The position numbers were made by a program, and so were the translations under genes. Positions 1-10,074 of a stretch of 63,747 nucleotides of DNA are shown piece after piece; positions within the stretch are counted from its first letter, which is position 1; every line of letters begins with the position of its first letter. The notes under the pieces were generated by a model, which searched no databases, was not told the origin of the DNA, and worked only from the letters and a program-made list of their open reading frames with translations. The stretch is from the NCBI GenBank assembly GCA_963840455.1, contig CAWIYV010000012.1:1-63747 (forward strand), read 5' to 3'. Origin of the DNA: Nitrospirota bacterium (lineage in GTDB: Bacteria; Nitrospirota; UBA9217).

Positions 1-44
1 TGGCAGTCTTGGGGTCCGGGGTTCGATCCCCCGCAGCTCCACCA
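1..44 (+). tRNA. tRNA-Ala(GGC), 3' part only (window starts in the anticodon loop)
   Basis: T-GGC-A at 1-5, 3' anticodon stem GTCTT, variable loop GGGTC, T-arm CGGGG-TTCGATC-CCCCG, acceptor strand CAGCTCC (compatible with the Ala G3:U70 pair), discriminator A and CCA at 41-44. Confidence 0.88.
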
Positions 45-52
45 AGAATAAC

Positions 53-93
53 ATAGGGATGAGCGATCAATCGCTCATCCCTATTTCGTTTTC
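53..93 (+). terminator. Intrinsic terminator downstream of the tRNA
   Basis: Perfect 14-bp stem ATAGGGATGAGCGA / TCGCTCATCCCTAT (53-66, 71-84) followed by TTCGTTTTC. Confidence 0.8.
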
Positions 94-130
94 TTGTGCA
101 GTAATTGTGCAGTTGGTTGAAGGTGTGCAA
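94..130. repeat. Short direct repeats TTGTGCAGT x2 plus GTGTGCAA; candidate integrase arm-type sites
   Basis: TTGTGCAGT at 94-102 and 105-113, related GTGTGCAA at 123-130, between the tRNA and the integrase remnant. Function is inferred. Confidence 0.4.
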
Positions 131-139
131 TCGGCAGGC

Positions 140-214
140 TCAAAATCTGTCCATCACGCTAGCAGCTTTCCGATTGTGTGCCGGGGCAAGGTGAGCATAT
201 CGAAGCGTCATCTC
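140..214 (-). pseudogene. Tyrosine recombinase/integrase C-terminal remnant
   Basis: Translates EMTLRYAHLAPAHNRKAASVMDRF*, matching the MTxRYAH catalytic-tyrosine box of phage-type integrases. The rest of ORF 140..439 is only antisense to the AsmA gene. Confidence 0.75.
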
Positions 215-281
215 ATTGTCCGGCTGCTTCGGTAGAATCACTATCGATAGCTCCTGCAGGTTGCTGAAAGGGTCTGACCGC

Positions 282-2678
282 ATGACGCGACAAAGAAGGA
301 TATTGTATTGGACCGCCGGCATCGGTATTGCACTGCTGGCCCTGTTGGCGATCGCCGTAATGCTCCTGCCGCGGCTTGTAAACACGGAACTGGTCAGGTT
401 GAAGATAGAAAGCACCATCTCCCGGGACCTCGGCGGCACGCTGACCTATGACCGCGTTGCCCTCTCGATCCTCCCCCGTCCACGCATCGTCCTTCACCGA
501 TTGAAGATCGAGATCCCCGGAAAGGTCTCTGCCGCGCTGGAGTCCCTGGATATCTATCCCGCACTCCTGCCGCTGCTTCGCGGGGACGTCCAGATCACCG
601 AGGTCCATCTCGAACGACCCGGGGTGACGGTTGCCCTTCCGGAGGTACCCGGGCCGAAACGGAAGCAGAAGAGGCCGGCATCGGGTCCGGGGAGCTCGCT
701 GGAACAGGTCCTTGCTGTAGCGTCGAAGAAGATGCCCGGCATCATCATCCTCATCGACGAAGGCAGGTTATCAGTGATGCGAGGTGACCGAACGACCCTG
801 ACGATCCGGGACCTGAATGGCCGCGTTGCATTCATTCCGGAAGAGAAAGGGATCGGCCCAACGGATCGTCCCCTCCAGGACTCCTTCCGGGTCGAGGGCA
901 ACGCGAAATGTTCCATCGACGCTCCGGGCATGCCGATGGGTCCTGTGCTCCTGTCTATCGAGCAGTTCGAGGCGCTCCCGGGCGTCTTCACGTTCTCGCG
1001 TGCCCGCGCCCGCGTTGCTGACCTGTCGGTCTCCCTGTCCGGCAGGTTCAATGACCTTCTTTCACCCCTCCCGAAGGCGGACCTCAGCGTCAGCGGAACG
1101 GCAGGTCCGAACGTCCTGCAGCGGCTCCGGGACAGTGCATCCCTCTCTCCCCTGCTGACCCTCAGGTCGCCCCTCGTCCTCTCAGACACCCGTATCCGCT
1201 GGGAACGGGGCGGCACGCTCCAGGTCACAGGCACTGCCTCGATCAAGAACGGCCCTTCCCTTGCTTTTGACGTGCAGCGCTCTCCCCAGAGCATTACGCT
1301 GAAGCGTCTCGCACTCCGCGACCGAGAATCACAGCTCACCATCGCCCTGCATATGAGCGAGCGCATCGTGGACCTTTCCCTTGCCGGCAATCTCACCCGG
1401 CAGACCCTGGACGACCTCTTCGGGCATACATTGTTCCAGTTCGGCTCGATCAAGGGGGACCTCAAGATGCACCTGCCGCTCGACCGCCTCTCGGCATCTT
1501 CTGCGGAGGGAGTGCTCGAAACGGAGCAGATGGTCGTTCCTTGGAAGTCGAAGGTCCCTTTCACCATTGATCGTCTGGTGCTCAGCGCCCGGGACAGGGA
1601 CGTGAAGCTGGACCCTGCTGCCATGACGCTGGGCAGGAGCAAGGGCGTATTTTCGGGAACGATCTCTGCGCGCAATGACGGGGTGGATGTGGACCTCGAC
1701 CTGGCTTCCCCGGAGGTCGAGTGGGATGATCTGCGGGAAATCTTTTCATCGAAGAAGGACAAGGAGGGATCAGAGAAGGACCGGGGGGAAGAAAAAAGCA
1801 AATCAAACAAAAAGCCAATCCCCCTCCGGGGAGCGCTCCGGGTGAATGTCGACGCTCTGCGCGTCAAACGGTTCGTTTTCCAACCGGTGCGCGGAACGAT
1901 CACGCTCGACCAGGACCGGATGCGCTATGACGTGCGTGAAGCAGCGGTCTGCGGCATCGGAATCGCCGGGGCCGCTGCTGTCTCCCGGGGAACAAGCGAC
2001 TTGTCGCTGAACGTCTCGGCGAAGCAGCAGGAGCTTGCCCCGACGCTGCTGTGCCTCGCCGGATCGGACCTCAAGGTCACGGGGAAGTTCGACCTGGAGG
2101 GCAGCATCGCGGGAGCGGGACCGAACGAAGGCCTGTCCCGGTCGCTGGGCGGGAAGATCTCCTTTTCGGCGAGGAACGGAAGGGTGTATAACGGCGTGAT
2201 TGTCGAGCCCATCCTCAAGTACAAAAAGATCGCCGACATTATGGGAGACAAGACGGCCGACGCGAAGAAGAACGGCATCCCCTACGACATCTTCAGTGTA
2301 CGGGGGATCATACAGGACGGAACGCTCGCGGTCTCGGAAGGCGTGATCAAGAGCCCGCTCATGAACCTTGCCGCGAACGGCAATATCGACCTGATGAATG
2401 ACCGGCTTGACGTAACGGTCCTGATCGCCCCCTTCAAGAAAGTTGACGCCGTGGTGAAAAAGATCCCCCTGCTCGGGGACATCCTGGGAGGCACGCTGGT
2501 CACGGTCCCCCTCCGCGTACAGGGGCCTTTCAAGGACCCCAAGGTGACCCCCCTTCCGCCATCAGCCATCGGTGAAGGCCTGCTCGGCATCATGAAAAGG
2601 ACCCTGGAGCTCCCCTTCGAGGTCATCGATGACGTCACACCCAAGGGACGATCTGCTGGGACGCCGTCAGTTCCATGA
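282..2678 (+). CDS. AsmA-family envelope protein
   Basis: ORF 216..2678, likely ATG at 282. One N-terminal hydrophobic anchor, beta-rich body and AsmA-type C-terminus (G.IDL...KIPLLGDILGG...V.GPFKDPKV). Only + strand gene. Confidence 0.8.
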   Translation: MTRQRRILYWTAGIGIALLALLAIAVMLLPRLVNTELVRLKIESTISRDLGGTLTYDRVALSILPRPRIVLHRLKIEIPGKVSAALESLDIYPALLPLLRGDVQITEVHLERPGVTVALPEVPGPKRKQKRPASGPGSSLEQVLAVASKKMPGIIILIDEGRLSVMRGDRTTLTIRDLNGRVAFIPEEKGIGPTDRPLQDSFRVEGNAKCSIDAPGMPMGPVLLSIEQFEALPGVFTFSRARARVADLSVSLSGRFNDLLSPLPKADLSVSGTAGPNVLQRLRDSASLSPLLTLRSPLVLSDTRIRWERGGTLQVTGTASIKNGPSLAFDVQRSPQSITLKRLALRDRESQLTIALHMSERIVDLSLAGNLTRQTLDDLFGHTLFQFGSIKGDLKMHLPLDRLSASSAEGVLETEQMVVPWKSKVPFTIDRLVLSARDRDVKLDPAAMTLGRSKGVFSGTISARNDGVDVDLDLASPEVEWDDLREIFSSKKDKEGSEKDRGEEKSKSNKKPIPLRGALRVNVDALRVKRFVFQPVRGTITLDQDRMRYDVREAAVCGIGIAGAAAVSRGTSDLSLNVSAKQQELAPTLLCLAGSDLKVTGKFDLEGSIAGAGPNEGLSRSLGGKISFSARNGRVYNGVIVEPILKYKKIADIMGDKTADAKKNGIPYDIFSVRGIIQDGTLAVSEGVIKSPLMNLAANGNIDLMNDRLDVTVLIAPFKKVDAVVKKIPLLGDILGGTLVTVPLRVQGPFKDPKVTPLPPSAIGEGLLGIMKRTLELPFEVIDDVTPKGRSAGTPSVP

Positions 2679-2740
2679 CCGTCACCGGCGGCATAGCGAT
2701 CTCACCCCCGCACAACCATTCATACCATGCCGGACAGGAG

Positions 2741-2779
2741 AAAACGCAAAAGGCACTGTCCCTTGGACAGTGCCTTTGC
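2741..2779 (-). terminator. Hairpin terminator between convergent genes
   Basis: GCAAAAGGCACTGTCC-CTT-GGACAGTGCCTTTGC with an A-run on the left (U-tail on the minus strand). Confidence 0.6.
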
Positions 2780-2908
2780 CTGAAGGTCGATCGATGGTTC
2801 CCAACTGGGGGACCGGTATAGTGTTCTTGATAGCGTACGCCAGCGTCTGCGTGGTCCAACTGATCCACGTGCCCGATGTGCGCTTCACGTTCCCCGGCGC
2901 CAGCCGCG

Positions 2909-3461
2909 TTACTTGCCTTTCCCCGGCGGGAACTGACTTGAGCAGTTCGGCGATCACCTGGTTGATGCGCTGCTGTTGTTCCTCAGGCGAGGCCTTTGCC
3001 TGGATGGCGGCGGTGGCCGTTCCCTGCCAGATCAGCGTCTTGGTCTTTGCATCAACGATGTTCAGGTTGAGCGTGCCCTCCTGCTTTTCCCGAGGCTTGC
3101 TTTTTCCTCCGCCCACGCGCACCGAGCCATGGCTGCCCACCGGCACGGCAATGGATGCGCCGACCCCCACGGAACCTCCGGTCACCGTCTTCCTGATCCC
3201 CTCCACGGAAACCAGAAAATCGGGGGCATCAGCGGAACGGTTGTATCCCTTTGCCTGCAGCTGGCTGTTCACGGAGCCCTGGACGCGCTTCTCCGTCATT
3301 TCTTCCATCTGGTCGCCCGGAGGAGACGGCATCCATTCAAAGGTCCTGAGCTTCGAGAAATCGTACGTCGTGTCGTAATCATGCTCAACGGCGAGCGGAG
3401 TCGCACAGCCAAGCGTTAGAACGAGTCCAACCAGTACAAACAGAGACGACAGCAGTTTCAT
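2909..3461 (-). CDS. DUF4136-family lipoprotein (1-nt frameshift near the C-terminus)
   Basis: Lipobox LTLGC, DYD..YDFSKLRTFEW and EGTLNLNIVDAKTKTLIWQG motifs. Removing one base near 2936 gives a typical end LLKQFPPGKGK* with stop at 2909-2911; otherwise it reads through to 2682. Confidence 0.78.
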
Positions 3462-3580
3462 ATGACCTCCCTTCGAGGTCCGCTCGCCCCAACGGACGGC
3501 GGAAAGAAGAACGATGTCCCGGTGCTGCCGGTGATCACACCGGCAGACTCCGGAGCCATCTGTCGAGCCCGGTTCCTGCC

Positions 3581-4222
3581 CTACGGCACCACCTTGTCCT
3601 TGCGAATGGCATCCATCATCATTGCAACGTAGTCCTTGATCATCTTCTGGTCCTTGCCCCCGATCCGTGTTGCTGCCGCGGCAGACCAGATCAGCTTCTC
3701 GGAGACTACATCGAACAGGCTCGTCTCTGTCATGACGTAGAGGTCTTCGACCGTATAGCTCGGCGTGTACATTGCATTGTACCCGGCGTTATAATATCCT
3801 GGATAGGAACGGTAATAGGGCGCCGGCTGATACATCGGAGTATACATGGGCTGATAGTTGACCGTGCCGGGCACCTGGACCAGCTCCGTCTTCGTGCCGG
3901 TGACCTGCGTGAGCAGCAGCGCATCGAAGCCTTGTGACTTGAGCTTTTCCTGCAGGACCTCTATCTTCGCCAGTTCCGCCCCGGGAACGACCGTGTACCC
4001 GGGTACCGCATTGACCCCCCGATACTTTAAATGTGCGACGAACTCGTCTTCAAAGATCCGGCGTTGCATCTGGTTCTTCAGGACCGTATAGACCAATATC
4101 TTCTTCGGCTTTCCCTGGTAGTCGGGGTCTTTCCAGACCGAGGTCACTTCCGTGGCCGCGCAGCCGGTGAACAGGGCCGCCGCTGCAAGCAGGAACAACA
4201 GGTATCCAGCCGTTCTCTTCAT
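3581..4222 (-). CDS. DUF4136-like lipoprotein
   Basis: Likely start MKRTAG, lipobox LFTGC, SVWKDPDY and ETSLFDV..EKLIWSA motifs, Tyr/Pro-rich insert. Confidence 0.72.
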   Translation of the reverse strand: MKRTAGYLLFLLAAAALFTGCAATEVTSVWKDPDYQGKPKKILVYTVLKNQMQRRIFEDEFVAHLKYRGVNAVPGYTVVPGAELAKIEVLQEKLKSQGFDALLLTQVTGTKTELVQVPGTVNYQPMYTPMYQPAPYYRSYPGYYNAGYNAMYTPSYTVEDLYVMTETSLFDVVSEKLIWSAAAATRIGGKDQKMIKDYVAMMMDAIRKDKVVP

Positions 4223-4342
4223 CTTCCGCTCCCCTTTATTCGTTCGGACGTCCTGGTCCTTACCGCAGTCCATTATAGCCAATCCGTCAGTGTAATGCCA
4301 GTACCGATCCGGTTCGCCTCCCCTTTCTGCCGTACTGTCTTT

Positions 4343-5443
4343 TCAGAACCCGTATCCGAACTTGAGATAGACGCCGTAATTGTCAGATTTGCCCTGCGCG
4401 TATTCGAAGCTTACCACCATCCCCTCCTTCGGCTTGATGATGTACTGGATGCCCGCTCCATAGGAAGGATAGAGGTTTGCACTGTCCGTACAGTCATTGC
4501 CATTCCCGTAGAGACAGGCTATTCCGGTGAAGACTGTGGCGCCCCAGCTCTTCGCCAGCCGCAACCGCTCTTCGCCCTCGATCGAAGACATGTACCTGCC
4601 CAGATACTGCCCCATCTTGTACCCTCTCAGAACGACCGGGGCATAGGCGCTCGGCGGGGCGTCGACGGTCCACTGGTTTTTCTGCTGCACTGCGAGCACC
4701 TGGCCATTCCAATGCTCCCAGAAGCCCTTGATATCCAGCCGGTAGACGTCGAAATTGTAGTCTCCCGCAAGCCAGTCACGATAGGCGATATTGTTCGCGT
4801 TCAGATACCATCCCTGGGTCGGGCTGAACTCGTTGTTCCGGGAGTCGTGTTGCGCAATAATGCCGATGCCACCCGCCTGGAACCCCGTCAAGCCGAGCAC
4901 GTGCAGGGCTTGGTCGTCAAGGGCGCTCTGCCCGATGATCTGATAGTTGGTATTCAGCGCCTGCATGCCTGCGAACCAGTCGCCCTTCACGCGGTACAGG
5001 TAGCGACCGACGAGCGCGCGGAGGTCGTCCTCGGTCTTTAGTGGCTTGCCTGTGCCGAGGAAATCCTCATAGTCGTTCTTAATGACCCCGCCTGCCGCAA
5101 GGGCGATCAACCGATGATGGTCGGCATCCCACGATGCTTTGCCAACGAGAGCCGCGATCACCGAATCGGTTGAGGTGTATTGCCCGTTCATGCCGAACAT
5201 AGACACCTGTGACTTCTCGTCGAAATAGTGCATATAGAAAGCCATGAACCCTAACGACGTGCCGAGTTTCGGGTCCGACGAGAATGTGGGCATGAGGAGC
5301 CAAGGTGACTTCTTTCCGGAAGGTTCATCCTTCTTTTCTTCCGCAGCAGCCGTTGCCGCCCCCGTCGCAACGGCGGCCTGGGTCCGGCCCGGAGCGAACA
5401 GCACGAGCGCACACACAACGAGCACAACGGCAGGACGCATCAT
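4343..5443 (-). CDS. BamA/TamA (Omp85)-like outer-membrane barrel lacking POTRA domains
   Basis: Signal peptide, HDSRNN and LRGY motifs, C-terminal YLKFGYGF beta-signal; only 366 aa. Confidence 0.72.
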   Translation of the reverse strand: MMRPAVVLVVCALVLFAPGRTQAAVATGAATAAAEEKKDEPSGKKSPWLLMPTFSSDPKLGTSLGFMAFYMHYFDEKSQVSMFGMNGQYTSTDSVIAALVGKASWDADHHRLIALAAGGVIKNDYEDFLGTGKPLKTEDDLRALVGRYLYRVKGDWFAGMQALNTNYQIIGQSALDDQALHVLGLTGFQAGGIGIIAQHDSRNNEFSPTQGWYLNANNIAYRDWLAGDYNFDVYRLDIKGFWEHWNGQVLAVQQKNQWTVDAPPSAYAPVVLRGYKMGQYLGRYMSSIEGEERLRLAKSWGATVFTGIACLYGNGNDCTDSANLYPSYGAGIQYIIKPKEGMVVSFEYAQGKSDNYGVYLKFGYGF

Positions 5444-5469
5444 TCCTTGAATCTCCGATCATCGTGAGA

Positions 5470-6036
5470 TCACTTCACGGACAACTTTATGGTCTGCGAA
5501 TACTCCACCCACAGCATGTCCCCGCGCCGGATCTCATCGAACCGTTTTGCCTCAGGCCCGATCTTGTAGGTCATCATGACGCCGGTGCGGCCCTTGAAGG
5601 TGACCATGCGTTTTTCGTAGTCGATGGACTCGATCTTGGTCCTCAGCGTCCCCTCGATCGTGCGAATGCCCGATGGCTTCTCGCCCGGCAAGGGCGCCGT
5701 CTGCCCTTCAACACCGATATTCATCGGGTCTCCCGGACCGGGCTTGACCTCCGCCTCGATGGTCTGGAAGGTCTCAATGGTCACTTCGTCCCCGATCTTC
5801 AATCGGTTGAGGTTCTGGATATCGGCCCCTACCTTCACGATCCGCACCTTCCCTGATTCGTCCTTCAACGTGACCTTCCGCGTCGCATATTCGACGTCCT
5901 CCACCTTCTCCTTCGTCACCTTGGCCTCGGTGATGGTGAAACTCGGATTCCCGTCGGCCAATTGCGACTGTGCGGCAACTGCGTTCCACGCAAGAAGCAG
6001 CAGGAACGCACTCCCTGCAATTCCAATCATTCTCAT
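5470..6036 (-). CDS. Exported hypothetical protein with two repeated beta-rich units
   Basis: Signal peptide after RBS GGAGG. Internal repeat V..V.Y..RKVTLK...KVG....LKIGD / I..IDY..RMVTFK...KIG....IRRGD. Confidence 0.65.
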   Translation of the reverse strand: MRMIGIAGSAFLLLLAWNAVAAQSQLADGNPSFTITEAKVTKEKVEDVEYATRKVTLKDESGKVRIVKVGADIQNLNRLKIGDEVTIETFQTIEAEVKPGPGDPMNIGVEGQTAPLPGEKPSGIRTIEGTLRTKIESIDYEKRMVTFKGRTGVMMTYKIGPEAKRFDEIRRGDMLWVEYSQTIKLSVK

Positions 6037-6121
6037 GGCATCCCTCCTAGAATTGTTTTCGCTATCATGGCGCCGAGCATCGAAGACGGCGCCGTTCATT
6101 TCCCGGTGTATATAGCGTCCA

Positions 6122-7318
6122 TCACGTATCCCTGGCATCCGGCAGCGTCCGGTCCAGGATCACGTAACCGGCGATCGCCGACAGGAACGACCCGGCGAGG
6201 ATGCCGATGCGTTCATCGACGCTCTGGCCGAGCGATCCCGGCTCGAAGGCAAGCGCACTGATGAACAGGCTCATGGTGAACCCGATCCCGCAGAGCACTG
6301 CAACGCCATAGAAGGACGTCCAGGTCACATTCTCCGGCAGCCGGGATAGCCCCATCTTCACCGCGAGGCAGCTGAACAGAAAAACGCCCGCCTGCTTGCC
6401 CAGGAAGAGGCCGGCAGCGATCCCGAGGGGCAGTGGATGCAGGAGCGACGACAAACGGACCCCTTCCAGCGATATCCCGGCGTTCGCGAATGCGAAGAGC
6501 GGCAAAATGCCGAAGGCGACTGTCGCGTGAAGGTCCTGCTCCAGCTCGCGCAAAGGTGACAACCGGCCATCCGCCCCTCCCCGTAATGGGATGAACAGAG
6601 CGAGGACGACACCGGCGATCGTGGCATGGACGCCGGACTTCAGCACCGCCAGCCAGAGCGCGATGCCGACGATGAGATAGGGCGCCTTGCTCGTCACATC
6701 CCAGCGGTTCAGGAGCAGGAGCACGATGATCATCGCCGCGGCGAACAGGAGCGCCGCCGCCGTCAGCTGCTCGGTGTAGAACAGTGCAATGATCAGGATC
6801 GCACCGACGTCGTCGAAGATGGCGAGCGAGGTCAGGAACACCTTCAGCGACAGCGGCACGCGGCTTCCGAGCAAAGCCATCACGCCAAGCGCGAAGGCGA
6901 TGTCCGTCGCCGCCGGGATCGCCCATCCGCGCAAGGCCGCAGAGCTATCGTGATTCAGCACGACAAAGACCGCGACCGGAACGATCATCCCTCCCAGCGC
7001 GCCCATTGCCGGCAGTGCCACCTGGCGCCAGCTCGCCAGCTCCCCTTCCAGGAACTCCCGCTTCAGCTCCATGCCGATGAGGAAGAAGAAGACCGCCATC
7101 AGACCGTCATTGATCCAGAGCAATGCGGGCTTTGCCACGCTGATCGCGCCCACCCGGACCTCGACCGGAGCATCGAGAAAGGAATCGTACATGGTCACCG
7201 CGGACGAATTCGCGGCGGCAATGGCGAGCGCGGTCGCGGCCATCAGGACTATGCCGCCCGCTGACTCGAGATTGAGGAAATCCCGGACGCTCTTGGCCAC
7301 TCTGTTGATCATAGGCAA
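6122..7318 (-). CDS. nhaA: Na+/H+ antiporter NhaA
   Basis: WINDGLMAVFFFLIGMELKRE, GWAIPAATDIAFALG, LAIFDD, KSGVHAT and LCGIGFTMSLFI motifs. Confidence 0.95.
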   Translation of the reverse strand: MPMINRVAKSVRDFLNLESAGGIVLMAATALAIAAANSSAVTMYDSFLDAPVEVRVGAISVAKPALLWINDGLMAVFFFLIGMELKREFLEGELASWRQVALPAMGALGGMIVPVAVFVVLNHDSSAALRGWAIPAATDIAFALGVMALLGSRVPLSLKVFLTSLAIFDDVGAILIIALFYTEQLTAAALLFAAAMIIVLLLLNRWDVTSKAPYLIVGIALWLAVLKSGVHATIAGVVLALFIPLRGGADGRLSPLRELEQDLHATVAFGILPLFAFANAGISLEGVRLSSLLHPLPLGIAAGLFLGKQAGVFLFSCLAVKMGLSRLPENVTWTSFYGVAVLCGIGFTMSLFISALAFEPGSLGQSVDERIGILAGSFLSAIAGYVILDRTLPDARDT

Positions 7319-7461
7319 TGCAGTTCTGGTTCCCTTGATCCCGCTTCAGCGCTGCCTTGGCTCACATACGCTCAGCTTCCACCTTACCAAACTTCCCGGT
7401 AGATCTGCTCTACACCTTCGATCCGTACCGGGACTTCCAGATCTGCGTATCAGTTGCCCTG

Positions 7462-7767
7462 TCAGCTCGGCCCGCCGGGCTTCTTGAACTTCTCTTTTGC
7501 TGCGGTGACGGCGTTCTGAAGTTCCGCCCATGCCGTTTCCGCGCCCGCCTTCAGCGCGTCCCAAGCCTCGGTGCTCGCGCCCTTCAGCTCCTGCAGTTTC
7601 TGCTTCGCGGCATCGCGCTGGTCCTTGAGCTGCTTGATCTGGTTCTCATAGCCGGACTTCGCATCAGCCTTGGCCGCACGGGCCTTGGACTCAAGCTCAT
7701 CGATCTTGGTGGACCACTCTTTGAGCTGCGCTGCCAGTTTATCGATATACTCCTCTCTGCTCTTCAT
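7462..7767 (-). CDS. Small coiled-coil protein (Sll1863-like)
   Basis: 101 aa, helical and Lys/Glu/Ala-rich (REEYIDKLAAQLKEW...EAWDALKAG), with a good RBS. Confidence 0.72.
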   Translation of the reverse strand: MKSREEYIDKLAAQLKEWSTKIDELESKARAAKADAKSGYENQIKQLKDQRDAAKQKLQELKGASTEAWDALKAGAETAWAELQNAVTAAKEKFKKPGGPS

Positions 7768-7863
7768 ACTGGTTTCCTCCTTTCAAATGAACATGAGATG
7801 GTATTGTTGACTCACCATACCTATCGCGTTCTCGTGCGAAGCCATGCCCTGGCATCCATCCCG

Positions 7864-9369
7864 TCACGGAGATGCGCCGTGGCACTCATGGCACAGCATC
7901 TCTTTCCAGGAATTCCCGATGTCCACGGGATGGGGGTTCTTCATGACCTGGAAGAGGGCCTTGTCCTGCCCGCCTGTGCCCGCGTCCCCGACCCGCTCGA
8001 TCAGGAGATGGCAGAGGCTGCAGTCCCGGGACAGGACCGCTCCGTCATCGCTCCGGTGTTTGCCGTCGTGGCAGCGGAAGCAGCCCGGTGAAAAGCGGTG
8101 TCCCTGGTTGTCCGGAAAGTTCTTCCAGCTGACCTTCATGTGCGGATCATAGTTGCGTTCATAGGCGCTCTGGAGCGATTGTATCGCCCTGCTGATCGAC
8201 CGCTTCGCCTCTTGCAGCCAGGGCAGGATATGATGTCTTGTAGAACTCCCTGAGCGACGCCCCGATGCGTTCACGAGCCTCTTCCCTCGACGCGTACACT
8301 CCCTCGAGCGCCTTCACCGCGACGCTTTTCACCTCGGGAAGCGCCGGATCGATGAGCTTTGCGGCCAGCAGAGCGTTCACGATGACATCAGGCGGACGAT
8401 AAGGATGCCCCGGCCGGTTGTGGCAATCGACACAGTCCATCCTGCGCTTTTCAACCTTGTTCAACTCAGCGTCGGTCATCCCTGCGTCCGTGCTGCGGTA
8501 CACCCGCTCCTTCCCGTCCAGCCGCTTCACCCGTATCCAGGGGATCAACATCCGCTTCGGGTCCGTCGCAACATAGACGATCTCCTCAGTCGTGCTGGAA
8601 TGCCAGTGCATCTTCGGCGGACGTTCCGTCGAAATCTCCGCCTTGCCCATTCGCAGGAGCAGGTTGATCGTTTTCCGCGTGTTCTTCTTGTCCGAGAGGA
8701 AGTAGGTCCTGCTCTCCAGCCGCTGGTTGATCTGGTACTGCGGACCGTGGCAGTTCTCGCAGACATCCTGTGACGGCCTGAGGTCTGCGACGGGCGTCGG
8801 GATCGGCCGCGGGTAGCGGCCGGCCAGGACATCGAAAAGCTGCCGCGTCCCCTTCAGCTTATAGAGAAGGAAATACTTCGCGCCTGGCCCCACGTGGCAG
8901 TCGACGCAGGCTATCTCGGCATGGACCGAGTAGGCATGGGACCGCAGTTCCGGACCCATGACCTGATGGCACATTTTCCCGCAGAAGGTTTCCGATTCAG
9001 TGAACTCATAGGCCTTGTAGCCGGCAAAAGCATAGAGCAGCGACAGCAGCACGAATGCCGTCAGCACGAGAATGGCGGTCTTTCGATGCCTGGGATCGTT
9101 GAAGTCAACGACCAGGAAGCGACGCTCTACGCCCGCGCCTTCCCGCTCCCTTCGCCGCTCGCGCCTGATGCCGATGATGATGAGGACCACGCCGAAAAGG
9201 ACGAGGCTGGCAGCAGGAGCCAGATGACAAGATCGGCGTAGGGGTGAACACGTTTGGAGAACGCTTCAACGACCGACAAGAAGACGATGAAGGCGATGTT
9301 GAAGACCGCGATGATCAGGCCGGTCAGGGAAACCGGGCTGGAAAAGACCTTCGGGAATCGTCCGTTCAT
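7864..9369 (-). CDS. Membrane-anchored NapC/NirT-like multiheme cytochrome c (7 heme motifs), split by two frameshifts
   Basis: Joined from ORFs 9127..9396, 8159..9190 and 7864..8274. Three N-terminal TM helices, then CGKMCH, CVDCH, CENCH, CVDCH, CFRCH, CSLCH, CHECH. Shifts near 9207 and 8205. Confidence 0.82.
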
Positions 9370-9477
9370 TGCTGTTCGTGACCTCCTCGGCGGCACAACC
9401 GCCGCCGCGCAGAGACCGTATCGGGACCTGCGCTTCGAACCCGCCTCGCCGGGAGCAGTCCTCCGTTCATCGCTCGG

Positions 9478-9873
9478 TCACTGCATCCGATCCTTGATCT
9501 CACGCAGTTTGTCGCGGCATGCCGATTTCAGGGCAACGTAATTTCCATCCAGGCAGATATAAATGCTGACGCTGTTTGCAGAACTGGCATTGCACAAGAC
9601 GGCGATCTCCTCGGTGCACGCCACGTTCAGCTCCTTCAAGCTCTTGTTCTGTTCCTCCAGCCAGTCCTTGCATGCGATGCTCTGGTCGTCCCGGTGGTCG
9701 TTCAGGCATTTCATGATCCGGCCGCCTCCCGGGACCACGTCCTTGCAGTATTTCGCAATGGTCTCATTGCAGGGCGTGGCGGTCTGTGCAGGCGAAGGCA
9801 GCGCGGCAAGGACGATGGCAATGACCGCTGCCGCAAGGGCGAGCCGTTTTCCGTAGACGTGCATGGTGACCAT
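9478..9873 (-). CDS. Exported cysteine-rich-repeat (GLG1-like) protein
   Basis: Signal peptide, then C...I.KYCKDVVPGGGRIMKCL...C repeats; RBS GGAGG upstream of 9873. Confidence 0.72.
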   Translation of the reverse strand: MVTMHVYGKRLALAAAVIAIVLAALPSPAQTATPCNETIAKYCKDVVPGGGRIMKCLNDHRDDQSIACKDWLEEQNKSLKELNVACTEEIAVLCNASSANSVSIYICLDGNYVALKSACRDKLREIKDRMQ

Positions 9874-10074
9874 GGCATTGCCTCCTTGGATGCCCTCGGT
9901 GCGGGGCAATTGCGGTGAACGTGGAGTTGTCCGCTGCGGGGGCGAACAGAGCGAGACAGAAACAGCCGTTCTCGCATCGTATCCCGGCGGGCTCGGGATG
10001 GAATACTTGGCTTCTCTGCGGTTCAGCGGGGCCCTCGTTCCTGTCATGGGGCTATGTGTCCCCCTGGTCCCGGG

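Noticed and set aside
1-44. tmRNA 3' end
   Set aside because: It shares the Ala-type acceptor end, but the TGGCA anticodon, stem and GGGTC variable loop fit tRNA-Ala better.
140-439. Intact 99-aa protein or functional integrase
   Set aside because: Only the last 24 residues are integrase-like; the rest is antisense to the AsmA gene.
2682-2908. C-terminal extension of the DUF4136 lipoprotein
   Set aside because: It arises from a 1-nt shift near 2936 and runs through a terminator hairpin.
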